From assembly GCF_000143415.4 (NCBI RefSeq), contig NW_003314261.1, forward strand, positions 6,050,822 through 6,114,821: DNA of 64,000 nt, read 5' to 3'. The stretch comes from Selaginella moellendorffii. Taxonomy: Eukaryota; Plantae; Lycopodiophyta. The notes under the pieces are model-generated. The model was not told where the DNA came from and made no database searches. It was given only the letters and a program-made list of their open reading frames with translations. The translations under genes were made by a program, and so were the position numbers. Shown piece after piece: positions 50,488-62,066 of this stretch (within the stretch, counting starts at the first letter, position 1; every line of letters begins with the position of its first letter).

Positions 50488-51475
50488 TGGCGAATGGTTT
50501 TCCTTCTTTCGGTTGGTCTTTTCTAGCTTTTCTCTTGTCGCTTGCATTTTTAGTGCTCATCAAATTATGTACGGTCCGCTAGAGCCCTGTGGCGGTGCGC
50601 TGAAGTTCTATCCTGTGGACATTTTGTGTTGCTCGTCGTAAATCATGCAATTCTTCTAGGATGTTGTGTGCGACGCGTGGGTGGAATCTTTCAAAGCAAT
50701 ATCACGTCTCATAGGTGAAATGAGTGGGGACACATTGGACGATCCTTTATTGGATCGTTGCCCCAAGCTCGGCGATTATAAGATATACCTGGAGAAAACT
50801 TACGAGCCGGTATGTTTTCCGTTAGCACAGCGCGTGTAACTAAACTTTTGCTCAGTCTGTTAGTATCATTGCTGAAAGCCGTGCACCATCCTTCGAAGAA
50901 ATTGACACGCTAAACAACGAAGTGCTTCTTTGGTGGGGTACGTAAAAGATTCTTTTTCCTGCTCTGACTGCGGTATTTTAGGAACAAGCGCCTGCAATCT
51001 TATCAAGGGAATGCAGCCAGCAATCTACAACGCTCCTGTTCCTGGCTACATGGTATTAGAGTTGTCCAAATTTGTGCGAGGTAACCTCTCATTTACTTTT
51101 CTAGTTTGGCAAGGGTCTCTACTGCACCGGCGCGTCGTGCAAAGCAGTTAGCTACGCCTTCAGTGGAGTGGACGGACCAGTTATACTGGCCTTGGGCGAT
51201 GACATGCTCGTGTTTCCAAAGGCAGGAGAGGTAAGACTCTCACCTCAAGAAAGCAGCGTTCTCATCTTAATGCCATCCATTCACAGGCAATCAAGGCCTT
51301 CGGAAATAAGCTTCCGGATTCATCTGAGTAGAACAACACCACGGCACTGGTCGGGACGATTGCATACTCGAGTACAACGAGTATGAGACAATGTGATTTG
51401 TTTTCTAGGTGAAGTTGCAGTTCATAGTCCAAGTAGAGAAATGAGAGGACTTTGTTTGCTAGAAAGAATCTCAAA
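50255..51475 (+). pseudogene. Direct-orientation, heavily deleted PARP3 copy (its first exon forms the tail of the chimeric ORF)
   Basis: Matches about 33970-34335, then jumps to 35580 through a shared AAGTTC and continues in pieces to about 37250. Confidence 0.9.
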
Positions 51476-51936
51476 AAAAGAAAAGAACCTTGAGCCCGGC
51501 GCTTACCGAGTTTTCCAGCTTGAGCATATTCCCATCTTAGAAAAAGAATTTATGACGTAAATAGCTTTAGATAAAAGCACAAATGAAGAACAAGCTATGG
51601 TTTCTTCTTCCTGTTTCTTTCAGAGTAGGAAACATATATTTAAGAGTTAGCCTGAGTTTCATATACCAGTTCTAGCATTGACTAAGTAAATTATTAATTA
51701 ATACACAACTTGTAATTTGGATTGCAAGATGATCTTAGTTGTTAGATTGCAATCCAAACACACACTGCCAGGTGATCAGAGTAATTCCAAGGTTTGCATA
51801 GTTGATGAGCCAGAACTCATCAACTATGACTTAGATGCTCTAAGTCAAGTAGGAGCTTTAGGTTTTTGTAGTAGTTTATATTTGTCTAACAGAAGCTCTA
51901 GATGTTTCATAGTTATCACATTTTCTAGAAGGGAGG

Positions 51937-51940
<4 letters not shown>

Positions 51941-51984
<44 letters not shown>
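51941..51984. repeat. (TA)n microsatellite
   Basis: Directly visible. Confidence 0.97.
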
Positions 51985-51985
<1 letters not shown>

Positions 51986-52353
51986 CCCTAACTAGGTAAT
52001 ATTAATTATAGTACTTTAGCATATAAATTGTTTATTTAAATTCAATCTATCCATTTTTGTATATGGGTTTAAACCTCAATTAATACTACTATAGAAAACC
52101 AGGATCAAATTGTCACCTTAAGTTCTCAACTAAACTTTTGAGAAAGTAAAACGTGTTAAGAACTGTAAAATCTGTTTTATTGGCTTCTGCAACACACTAC
52201 AAAATTATAACTTGTCATTCTATGACTAGTTGTTTTTTAAGGTCTTGAAGGCCATGATCTAATGCAATGGGATAAGGAATTGATATGTTGCACAATACAA
52301 AGAGCAAGGATGACTAAAGCAATGGGATGGAGCTATTTCCAAAGGCAGGAGGA

Positions 52354-52874
52354 CTATCCGTACACTTTAGCGCCTCGTGCAATAGCATCTTGGATCCTTG
52401 CATTTATTTCATCCTGGGTCTCCTTCCAACACCACCGGGCTTTACGCCAATCTGGTTTCACCTCCCAATCTGTAGATTCAAGCACCTCACCATCCTTAGA
52501 GACCTAGAACAAGAAGAAACATAAGTTGAATCCTCTTGTGCCCAACTGAAAAACATACACCAAGAGTGCTCTTGGTGTAAAAGAATGGATCAATGGCATA
52601 CCTTCTGCACATTGGAAAACATATACTGGTTCCTCTCAGCATCCTCAGCATCATCAAGTATTACTGCAGTGCAACGCACGCCCTCTTCATCTGCGGGGTA
52701 AAATCTCCCCCCAGTCATGGTAAATCCATCGCCAAAATCCTTAAGACTCATGATCAGCGGGAAATAATCCCTCTCTGTGACCGGATCATGGACCATACTC
52801 TCCCCAAATGTGAAATCCACCACGTATTCCTGGCCTATGCGCCTCAGCATCCCACGCACAACCTCCGCGTCCAT
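52354..52874 (-). CDS. Orphan acidic protein of about 140 aa, 2 exons
   Basis: Exon 52874-52602 (MDAEVVRG...FSNVQK) joins in frame through a GT-AG intron to exon 52503-52354 (VSKDGEVLESTDWEVKPDWRKARWCWKETQDEINARIQDAIARGAKVYG*). Telo-box-like repeat just upstream. Confidence 0.55.
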
Positions 52875-55085
52875 GCTCACTAGCCCTAACCCTAAGTCAC
52901 AAATTTAGAACACGATCCATGTCCCATGGATGAGCAAGATCCTTGAAGAGGCCCAGTCTGTCCTTGTGGGCGCTGAAGATCACAACAATTGAGAACGGTA
53001 GAAAAACGGGAATGGCTGGCGCTGGAACGGCATCATAGTCGTGGGATTCAGCCATCGAAGAGAACGTGGCGTTTTCCTCCAGTAGTGCATGTCGAACTTT
53101 CTTTCTCGCCCCTGGTCCGTGTCATCTCTTGCCTGTAAATCTCCACCTCCCTCCTCGCATCCGCTGTTGTGCATCTGCAGCTTCTTGTAACCCAGGATCC
53201 ATGGCTGGGCAATGGAAGGAGCGATCCCAAGGCAAGTTCTTGCTAATTGTCGCAAGCGGAGAATGCAAACTTAAGGTCATTCTTCGATGCAAGGAAGACG
53301 GTTTCTGGCTTTGACAATCATGCTGGTATCAGCTTGTCTTATTAGTTTTCAACTATTTTCATTCTTTCAATATAGTTACCATGGATTGACGTCACTAGGC
53401 TAACGAGAGTTTTGCTGCTCTGCAGAGAACAAATCCTGTAATCGGCTCTATAGCCGATGCATAATACTCGAGGTGTGATAACCAACAGAGGTGTTTTGGC
53501 GACTGCTCACGTTCTGAACTTTGTTGCAGGTTATTGTCTTGTATTTGCGCTCGAAAAGAAAAGCTTTGGAGGACACTGAATCACGCCAGATGACGGTGAA
53601 ATAGACTACGTATTAAGCTCACTTAATCGAGCTCTTCTAGCAGATGAACGAGTCCTTGGATGGTATCCTCTTCCTCCTGGCTTTCATGCATGGTGTTAAG
53701 CGTTCTTTCTCTCGATCAAGTTAATACATTTGCAACGCAAGGCTGTGCTCTTAAGAGCAAACACTGCATAATACCTCGACAGTTGGCATTTTCCTGTAAT
53801 ACCTATAGCTTGTGTGACATGTTCAAGTCAGATGCCCTCAAAGAATGATGTGGGATGATAACGAAGACGATAGACTCGTGATCGAGCAGGACATCGCAAA
53901 GGTTCTTTTGCGAGCGGTGGGTGATGGGAGTCCTCTGAACTGCGTTCTCTAACTGCATGCCACTCACTCGCTCTCTCAGCTTTCTCACGCTTCGCTGCGA
54001 ATCATGATAAGTTTAATTCCACGGCGACTGCATTTTGAAGCCGCCTTCGAACCTTGCGGGCGGACTTCTCTTCCAGCAAGAGTCCTACAGGCAGCTGATT
54101 TGTCCGTCTCAATTGCTACTGGTAGTTCCGTCACTTAGCCTGAACCAGAAAGCTCAACAGGATCTGGCGGTGAGAAGCAAGATGGTAGGAACTCGTCCTC
54201 AGTGCTCCCTCGTCGGAGGCATTTTGACCCAGACTTGCAGTGAGCGGCTTAGCACTTTGAAGCTCAATCTGCACATTATAGACCCATCGCCTAAACAGAT
54301 ACTCAGCAGCATAAAACAAAATGCAGGCGGCGTTTCAAAACTTAGTTTCGTGAATGAGCTCAAGCACAGTTCTCCTTCTCCTCGTAATTCCAGACCCTGT
54401 TCACGACCCAGACGGACATATCGAGCTTAGACAGCCAGCAATTCTGGCCGAGTGTCGGGGGTACAGGTTTTCGGAGGTGGTAGCGCGAGAGACCAGCTCT
54501 CGATAATACTATGGTGAAGCGGATCGGCTTACTTGCTATCAGCGACGTAAATGGGGTCAAATGGGTGAAGGACAACTCCTCTCGTACAATGGTCTGATTG
54601 TCCATCCCAACCTAGCTTGGTTATCCAACACAATTAGCACGGCTAAAAGCGAAAACACGAAAAATGAATAGCCTACATAAATGCTGGCACTTTGAAATCC
54701 CGTCGGACTGCTTTCTTCTCGCGCGCTAATCTCAACGCAGCAGCGTCATCGTCTTCGTCCTGAGTTGGCTCAAGCAGTGCGGAGGAGGCATGTATTGCTG
54801 GGAAGTTTGGTTCGTAGGAGAGAGGATGGAAAATCCTGCCATGGAGTGGACCTTGGGAACTGTGAGAGTCAGGCCGCTGCTTGCTTCCCCCGGAATACGC
54901 GATGAAGGAGTCCAGATATACGAGTCCTTGGGTGTCGTCCAGGTTTTCGTGCACAGTATCACTCTCGAACTAGATCGTCAGGAGCTGCACAGGTTCAGCT
55001 GTTCAGTACAAGTAGTTTGTCATTGAGGATGTAGAGGCAAGAAAGCCAGAATTAACATCTGTTGTATTTCAACAAGCCTGTGTCT

Positions 55086-55868
55086 CTATTCTCGACGAGC
55101 CTGAACTGACCACTCGCGCACGAACACCAATTCTAGATCGACTTTCAGTCGCTCCTCGTTTCTCCGCTTATACTGGTGGGAGAAGTTAACCTTCATCAAT
55201 CGTCGCATAGCCTTGAGGAATCTTCTCTTCTTGGCGAGTACACTCTTGCTCGCATCAACCAGAAGCATCTCTCCACCACAAAATCTGTCTCTGCTGCAGG
55301 CCTCCGCAATGCCATCCAGTCCTAGATCGATGACCTCCTCCAATGTTGTACCTCTCTGCCCCTCCACCGGGTTCTCCAGAATCCTCCTGGCTGGTACACT
55401 CCCACTCCCTATAGCAAGGATGGGATTCTCACTGCTCAATTTGTAAACTTGAAATCCTGCGCCAAGATCACGCACCATGAAAAGCTCCGAGTCGTTGTAT
55501 ATGAAGAAAGATGCCAGGTATCCTGTGATGACGCTTTGGGCAACATCCGCTTGGCACTTCAAAAATTCTGCTGCTTCCTCCAGCCCAAATTCTTCTTCTT
55601 TTGCCTTGATCTTCAAAAGCTTCGCCATGATGTCGCGCTCCTTGACGTTCCCTGCCGCGCCCAGCATGAGCCTTGGATTTTCACAGATCTCCACTATCTT
55701 GAAACCCCGTGATTCTCTCCATACTTCCTCATCTTCACACTCTGTCGTCGTCAAGCTATCGAAAAACACGACAAACCCAGAAGGATCCTCGCACTTCATG
55801 GCAATGCCTATAGTCCCTCTCTCGATTGGCTTGCGACTACAAAAGGACCTTGCCAGCCCTGGCAGCAT
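55086..55868 (-). CDS. Highly divergent proteasome beta-subunit-like (Ntn-hydrolase/threonine protease) protein, intronless; 5' end abuts a gap
   Basis: G|TIGIA..GFVVFFDS..FKIVEI..LGAAG..AA.FL..AIGSGS..A..ILE..T.EE.I.L..I.EA..RDRFCGG follows the proteasome beta motif order. Confidence 0.65.
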   Translation of the reverse strand: MLPGLARSFCSRKPIERGTIGIAMKCEDPSGFVVFFDSLTTTECEDEEVWRESRGFKIVEICENPRLMLGAAGNVKERDIMAKLLKIKAKEEEFGLEEAAEFLKCQADVAQSVITGYLASFFIYNDSELFMVRDLGAGFQVYKLSSENPILAIGSGSVPARRILENPVEGQRGTTLEEVIDLGLDGIAEACSRDRFCGGEMLLVDASKSVLAKKRRFLKAMRRLMKVNFSHQYKRRNEERLKVDLELVFVREWSVQARRE

Positions 55869-55909
55869 CGTGGCGACAAGCTCCTTCGACTTGGGAGGTG
55901 CTGACCGCC

Positions 55910-56318
55910 NNNNNNNNNNNNNNNNNNNNNNNNNNNNNNNNNNNNNNNNNNNNNNNNNNNNNNNNNNNNNNNNNNNNNNNNNNNNNNNNNNNNNNNNNNN
56001 NNNNNNNNNNNNNNNNNNNNNNNNNNNNNNNNNNNNNNNNNNNNNNNNNNNNNNNNNNNNNNNNNNNNNNNNNNNNNNNNNNNNNNNNNNNNNNNNNNNN
56101 NNNNNNNNNNNNNNNNNNNNNNNNNNNNNNNNNNNNNNNNNNNNNNNNNNNNNNNNNNNNNNNNNNNNNNNNNNNNNNNNNNNNNNNNNNNNNNNNNNNN
56201 NNNNNNNNNNNNNNNNNNNNNNNNNNNNNNNNNNNNNNNNNNNNNNNNNNNNNNNNNNNNNNNNNNNNNNNNNNNNNNNNNNNNNNNNNNNNNNNNNNNN
56301 NNNNNNNNNNNNNNNNNN
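55910..56318. other. Assembly gap (N run)
   Basis: Ns. Confidence 1.
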
Positions 56319-56994
56319 CCGCGCACAGAGATTGCCGTGCCCATGCCGCTACCACGAGCTCACACAAGATCCTTCGCATCGTGCTAGCTCTCGGGGCAAG
56401 CATCTTTCTAGTAAATTAAGAACCCTAACCCTATTCATTTTGTATATGTTAAGCTCAAATTTTTGGGTTTTCCTGTCAGATTTTTCTATAGTTTTTTGGT
56501 TTGATTAAAAAAATTAGTGAATATATTTAAAATATGATTAAATATTCTAGGATATCTTACCATTTAATGGAAATCTTGTATTTATAATTTATAAACATAT
56601 ATAAACTTCACTTATTTATAACTTATTTATAACTTATAAATGTATAAATATATAATGTATATATATATTTATAACTTATAAACATATAAGTGTTTTTCTT
56701 AAACACTTTCTAGTGTATTCCTTTTTATTCTACCATGTAATGGTTGATATGCAATAAGATTAATCTTGTGTTTATAGATTATTAGCATGTTTATAATTAT
56801 AGACATTTATTTGATCAATTGGATTAATAAGTAATAATAACATTACTATTGAGCAAACCAAGCATTACTATAGAAAATTATTTAATATATTTAGGAAATA
56901 TTACTGTAGCACACCCATAATATAATTATTTTACATTAGTTTTAATAACTCATATAGATTAGCATGTGGTTATTAAATATTTTAAGAAAATTAT

Positions 56995-57135
56995 TACATA
57001 ACCATTTATATAGTGAAACATGGTTATATAAACATGGTTATAACCATGTATGTTATAACCATGTTTATGTCACTATATACACATGTATATAGTGAAACAT
57101 GGTTATATAAACATGGTTATATAGTGAAACATTTT
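56995..57135. repeat. Short tandem/inverted repeat cluster (ATATAGTGAAACATGGTTATATAAACATGGTTA)
   Basis: Unit repeated near 57008, 57087 and 57119, with an inverted copy between, in AT-rich DNA. Confidence 0.7.
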
Positions 57136-57609
57136 CCTATATAATTTTTTCATATTGGAAGTTCTCACATTATAGTTTAATATAGTTAAAATCTGGAGAA
57201 TCACATAAAAAACTTATTGCTAATAAAACATTAAATGATCCTGTAATAAAATTTTATCCATAATGAAATGGTACAATTAAGATGTTAACATATTTAAATT
57301 TAAAAATTATTTATTACATATTCTTCTTTATTTGCATATACGAATTATTTCAGATCTTATTATAACTACGCTTTTTTTGAAATATTTTTGTAACTGAATA
57401 ATTTCTAAATTTTAAATTTGGATTTGCATAAATCTTAATGGTTTGGGAATAAGACATATGATGCAAGAATTCAAGAAAGCTATTATGTATACTAAAGTTG
57501 TGAGGGCCAAGTGTATTAAAAGAATCCATCATATATTACACCAAAGTGAGAAAAATTAATTAGAAAATTGTAGATAGATAATTAATATTCTATAATGCGT
57601 GTTATAAGG

Positions 57610-57952
<343 letters not shown>

Positions 57953-60059
57953 TTATATGCATGTATGTATAAGGTAATATGCTAATTATAGTACTATAAC
58001 ATATTGACTATTCATTTGGAATTGAATTTGGTCCATCTATTATTATATATAAACAGGGTCTAAACCTCCATTACTATACTTATTTCCATATCATAAACAC
58101 TCACATTAATGGAGATAATGGGTATTGTAATCTGTCCCTGGAGGGTAAAGTATTTTTGAAAGTGCTTTACTTCAGTATTTGGGATTGTATTTTTGTTTCT
58201 ATTCCTTTCTTTCTTTACTACATTTAGATTTATATTAGCTTTTTGCCAAATCTAAAATTCTAGCTATTATTGTGCTTAGATTTATTTTTCCTTCTGATCT
58301 TTATTACATTCTTTTTTTCCACTATGCCACGTCACACTTGAGGTTATTAATATTGCTTTGTTGAATTAAGCTTTTAGTGTTATAGGGTGTGATTATATTG
58401 GTGTGATACTTGTTCTTAGAATATTGTGATCTCTAGCTTTCATGAGATGTGATTACATAGCTTTTTCTATTCTTGGTGTTTTGTTATATGATATAGAATG
58501 TGATTATGATATCAATTAAAGAGATATAAATGATATAATTTGGTTATTGGAGAATGTTCAAAGATTGAATTTATATGATTGAATGGATTTTGGATTGTGA
58601 TAAGAAAATTTATTATTATGGAGATAACTTTGGAAAAAATTAAAGATTTTGCAAGGTAAGTATCAACCCTTTAATCTACCATCTAATCCTTTGCCTTTAC
58701 CTTTTACTCTTTCTTAACTTTTTTTTTATTTCTTAGCTTGAGCTATTTTCTTATATTCCTAGTGTTCTTTCCTCATCTATAGTGTTTTCTTCTCCACTTT
58801 TATGATTATCATTCTCAATCTAGTGTTGAGTTAAATGTTTTTTGTCTTCCTTATACTAATTTAAATGTTAAGCATATGCGTGTAGTTGAGAATCTTGATT
58901 TTGTTTTGTTAGTAAAGTCTTTGATCAGTTTTAGTGTTTTAAAGATTGAGTCACTTTGGCTAGAGTTTCGAGTTGAGTGCATATCCCCATTTGTGAGTCC
59001 CATTGAGAGCTTATACTTTATCATTTTTGCTGAAGAACTTATGTGTTCACTTGAGAGTGTGGATATTTTTATTGATTTTCTTATTTCAAATGTTGAATTG
59101 TGTGTTAATGTGAATCTTTTGATTATATTATGGTGACTAAAGCATTTTATGACAAGAAGTCTTTTATTTTCTAAATTTTAAACACAATAGTAGAATTGAT
59201 TGGTACCTGAGAGGAAAGTGTGAGCTTGCCATACCTTGCTCGGCAAATTGAAAATGTTGTGAGCAAATTTATAGTGATGTGGAACTTGATATAAAGGAAT
59301 TCCTTTATGCTTTTTTTGTTATGCCAAAACGTAATCTCATCTCCTAAACACACCTCATCACAGTGCTTGCCCAACACAGGCATTTAGATCAAGCAAGGCT
59401 TATCTTTAATTGAATCCTATAGTAGGATCTTTGCTCCTATTGGCTAGCATTTGCCAATAATATATAGTTTAGTGATATTTTTCAGCCGGAGCTAAGGCCA
59501 AGTATATATACAGGTAATTTTTAACTTTTATTACTAATGTTCTTCTTTTTATTTCCCCATTTTTGCATTAACAACTATTAAAAATTCTTCTTCATCCACT
59601 TTTCTTTCTTTTACTTCTTTAATTTTTTTCACTTTCTATTATTTACTTAAATGCTTGAAACTTTTTTTTCTTCGAAAGAGAGGATGGATGGGAGTCCAAT
59701 CCTAACGATGGAGTGAGGATGAACAAATACAATAATGAAGTGATGATAAATAATATAAATTGTGGAGTGAGAATGAATATAACTAAGTCCTAATAGAATA
59801 TACAACCTTATGTAGTAAACCTAAACAAATATGATAGTGGAGTGAAGTTCAATATAAATGGCAGAGTAAAGATTAATATAATAAATCCAACTAAAACTAA
59901 TGCTTTAAAACTTTTTTCTTTTTCAAGAAGAGGGGATAAAAAGGATATGAAAAATAAATAGAGTGAATTTAACCTCCCATGTATGGTGCTATAGGAAAAT
60001 GAGGGTTCTGAGTCTGGGTCTTGAATATTAACTGAAGGAAAGACCCAGAGTGCAGCACG

Positions 60060-61590
60060 TAAAATAGAGTTCTCCTGAGAGCATGAAACGCAATAGGAAT
60101 CATAGAGAAAAATCATATGCTTTTAGTACTTACAAGAGAAATGCACTTCACAAATAGAATGTGAGTGATGAGCATTGCATCAAGGCTTGTCAGCCACCTA
60201 GAAACCAAGGAAAGATCTTAGAAAAAGAATGAAAGCCTACATTGTAACTTATAGGATCCTTGTTCACTTGTATTACCAAGGAAATATCCTTGTAAGCACG
60301 CAATGCTCGACCATAGATCTGAAATGACACATGGTGATTTCAAAATTTCAATTATAAAGAACTCTTGTTACCTTTGTTTGTCTGGCTTGAGAGTTCCCCC
60401 AGTTGATACCACTCATTGTTTTGGCTTTCCTTGTCCATGCCACTAGCTTGTTGATCGGCCATGACAAGTGTGAAGTTTAGATTTCTCCTCCAACTACATC
60501 AGAAGAAAACCAAGAACTCTTTCTCTTGGATTGGCATTTGGTCCATAGCTCCAAGTCAAGAGCATCATCAAGATCCATGAACAGTGGCCTCAAGGACTGA
60601 AACTTAGCAGCCTCAGCCTCACTGAGCCCAACATCCAAGTCGCACATCACTGTTGATTGCAAAAACTTATCTACGTCATTGCCAAACGCAGTTAATAGGT
60701 TCCAGTCGATTATAGGGAAGTGGAGGTTGTCTAGAAAAAAACCATTAATGATAATCCTACAGAAAGAAAAGAAGGAAATACCAGCATTGGAGTGCTCGAC
60801 GATGAATGGCTTCTTGGCGAGGCATAGATATAGGTATGTGGAAAGGCACCTTGGACAAGAAGTTGGAAGATGGAAGCTTGGAGGTCTCACGATGAGCACA
60901 AGATGGCCTCTCTTCTCATACTCGGACAGCCTCACAAATTTCTCCTTGTCGCTGCGCAAGCTCACGTCCCAAGTGACAGTGAAGATTGGAAGTTTAGTTG
61001 GATCAATCAGCTCCGCACACAGCTCGTCCATGGGAACACCATCGGGCTCCTCGGTGTCGTCAATGATGCCACTGCAGTTGCCAAGCGTGCCATCGTTCCC
61101 AGGCAAAAAGTTCACCGGGAGAAGAACAAAAACTGGATAGAGCTTGGCGACGTCGCTCTCCCAATCGCGTGCATCCTGCCGGATTTCCTCCAGAACCTCG
61201 AGAGCATCATGCATGGATTCCATCTTGCGGGGTGGTGGCAGGAGACGGTGATACGTCTCAGCGAACGTCGCAAGCTCCTCACCGAGAATCCGGGCGTAAT
61301 CTTTGATACCGAGGTGCGCCGGAAGAGCTTTCTCCACGAAGACATGGTGGAACTCGCTGAAGCATCCGATGAAGCTGTAGAAATCACCTGCGAGGCATGG
61401 AACTCACTAAAGCATCTATGAAAACTGAGCTCACCTGCTGGGGCATGGACCGCCACTATGAGCCTCAAGCCATAGATTTTTCCTGCAAAGCATTGCCGGC
61501 TTGGATTGATCGGCTTCATGGACTGCTTCTCCAACTGAAATCCATGCTTGTTTGTTATTCCTCTAACCCATGAGCTCGCTAGGGTTTCCT
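60060..61590 (-). pseudogene. Inverted paralog of the METAXIN-like gene; 5' half near-identical, 3' half disrupted
   Basis: Matches about 48495-50175. In-frame stop at 60477, deletions at about 60240-60420 and near the 5' end. Confidence 0.8.
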
Positions 61591-62066
61591 ATAACCCTTT
61601 CATGAGCATAGGCAGTACAGTGTAAACCCTAATTTGCAATATGAGAGTAGATATTTTACGACGACGATATTTTTGAGAATTTCATTCAGTCTATGATCAT
61701 TGCCACCGTGCGTTGGACGACGATTTTTCGTTTGAGTGGACATCTATGGTTTTTATGCAAGATCCACTTTCTCCGCTCCTCGCTCGCTTGATTCCGCTCA
61801 AACGACAATAAGTTTCCTACAAATTTTTTCCTCATTACTATATCTTTACATGGGCTTCACACTCCTCCCTTTTGGAGATACTTCTTTAAATGACCCCATG
61901 CATTCCTGGCTTGCACGAATGCGGGCACGGTAGGTAGCGTGCGCTATCGTTCCCGCAACGCAATCTCTGGATCATACGATTAGAGCCTTCCCTCCCCCAA
62001 GGAAAAGAAAGAAAAAAAACTCAGGAACTAGTACCACTTTCATAGCGACGAAGAGGTGCCAAAGAT

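Noticed and set aside
42452-51475. Mosaic as an uncollapsed allelic haplotype or as retrocopies
   Set aside because: Segments are reordered, flipped and full of deletions, unlike an allele, and they retain introns, unlike retrocopies. Mis-assembly cannot be fully excluded without reads.
55477-56508. ORFs crossing the second gap
   Set aside because: N-run artefacts or antisense to the beta-like ORF.
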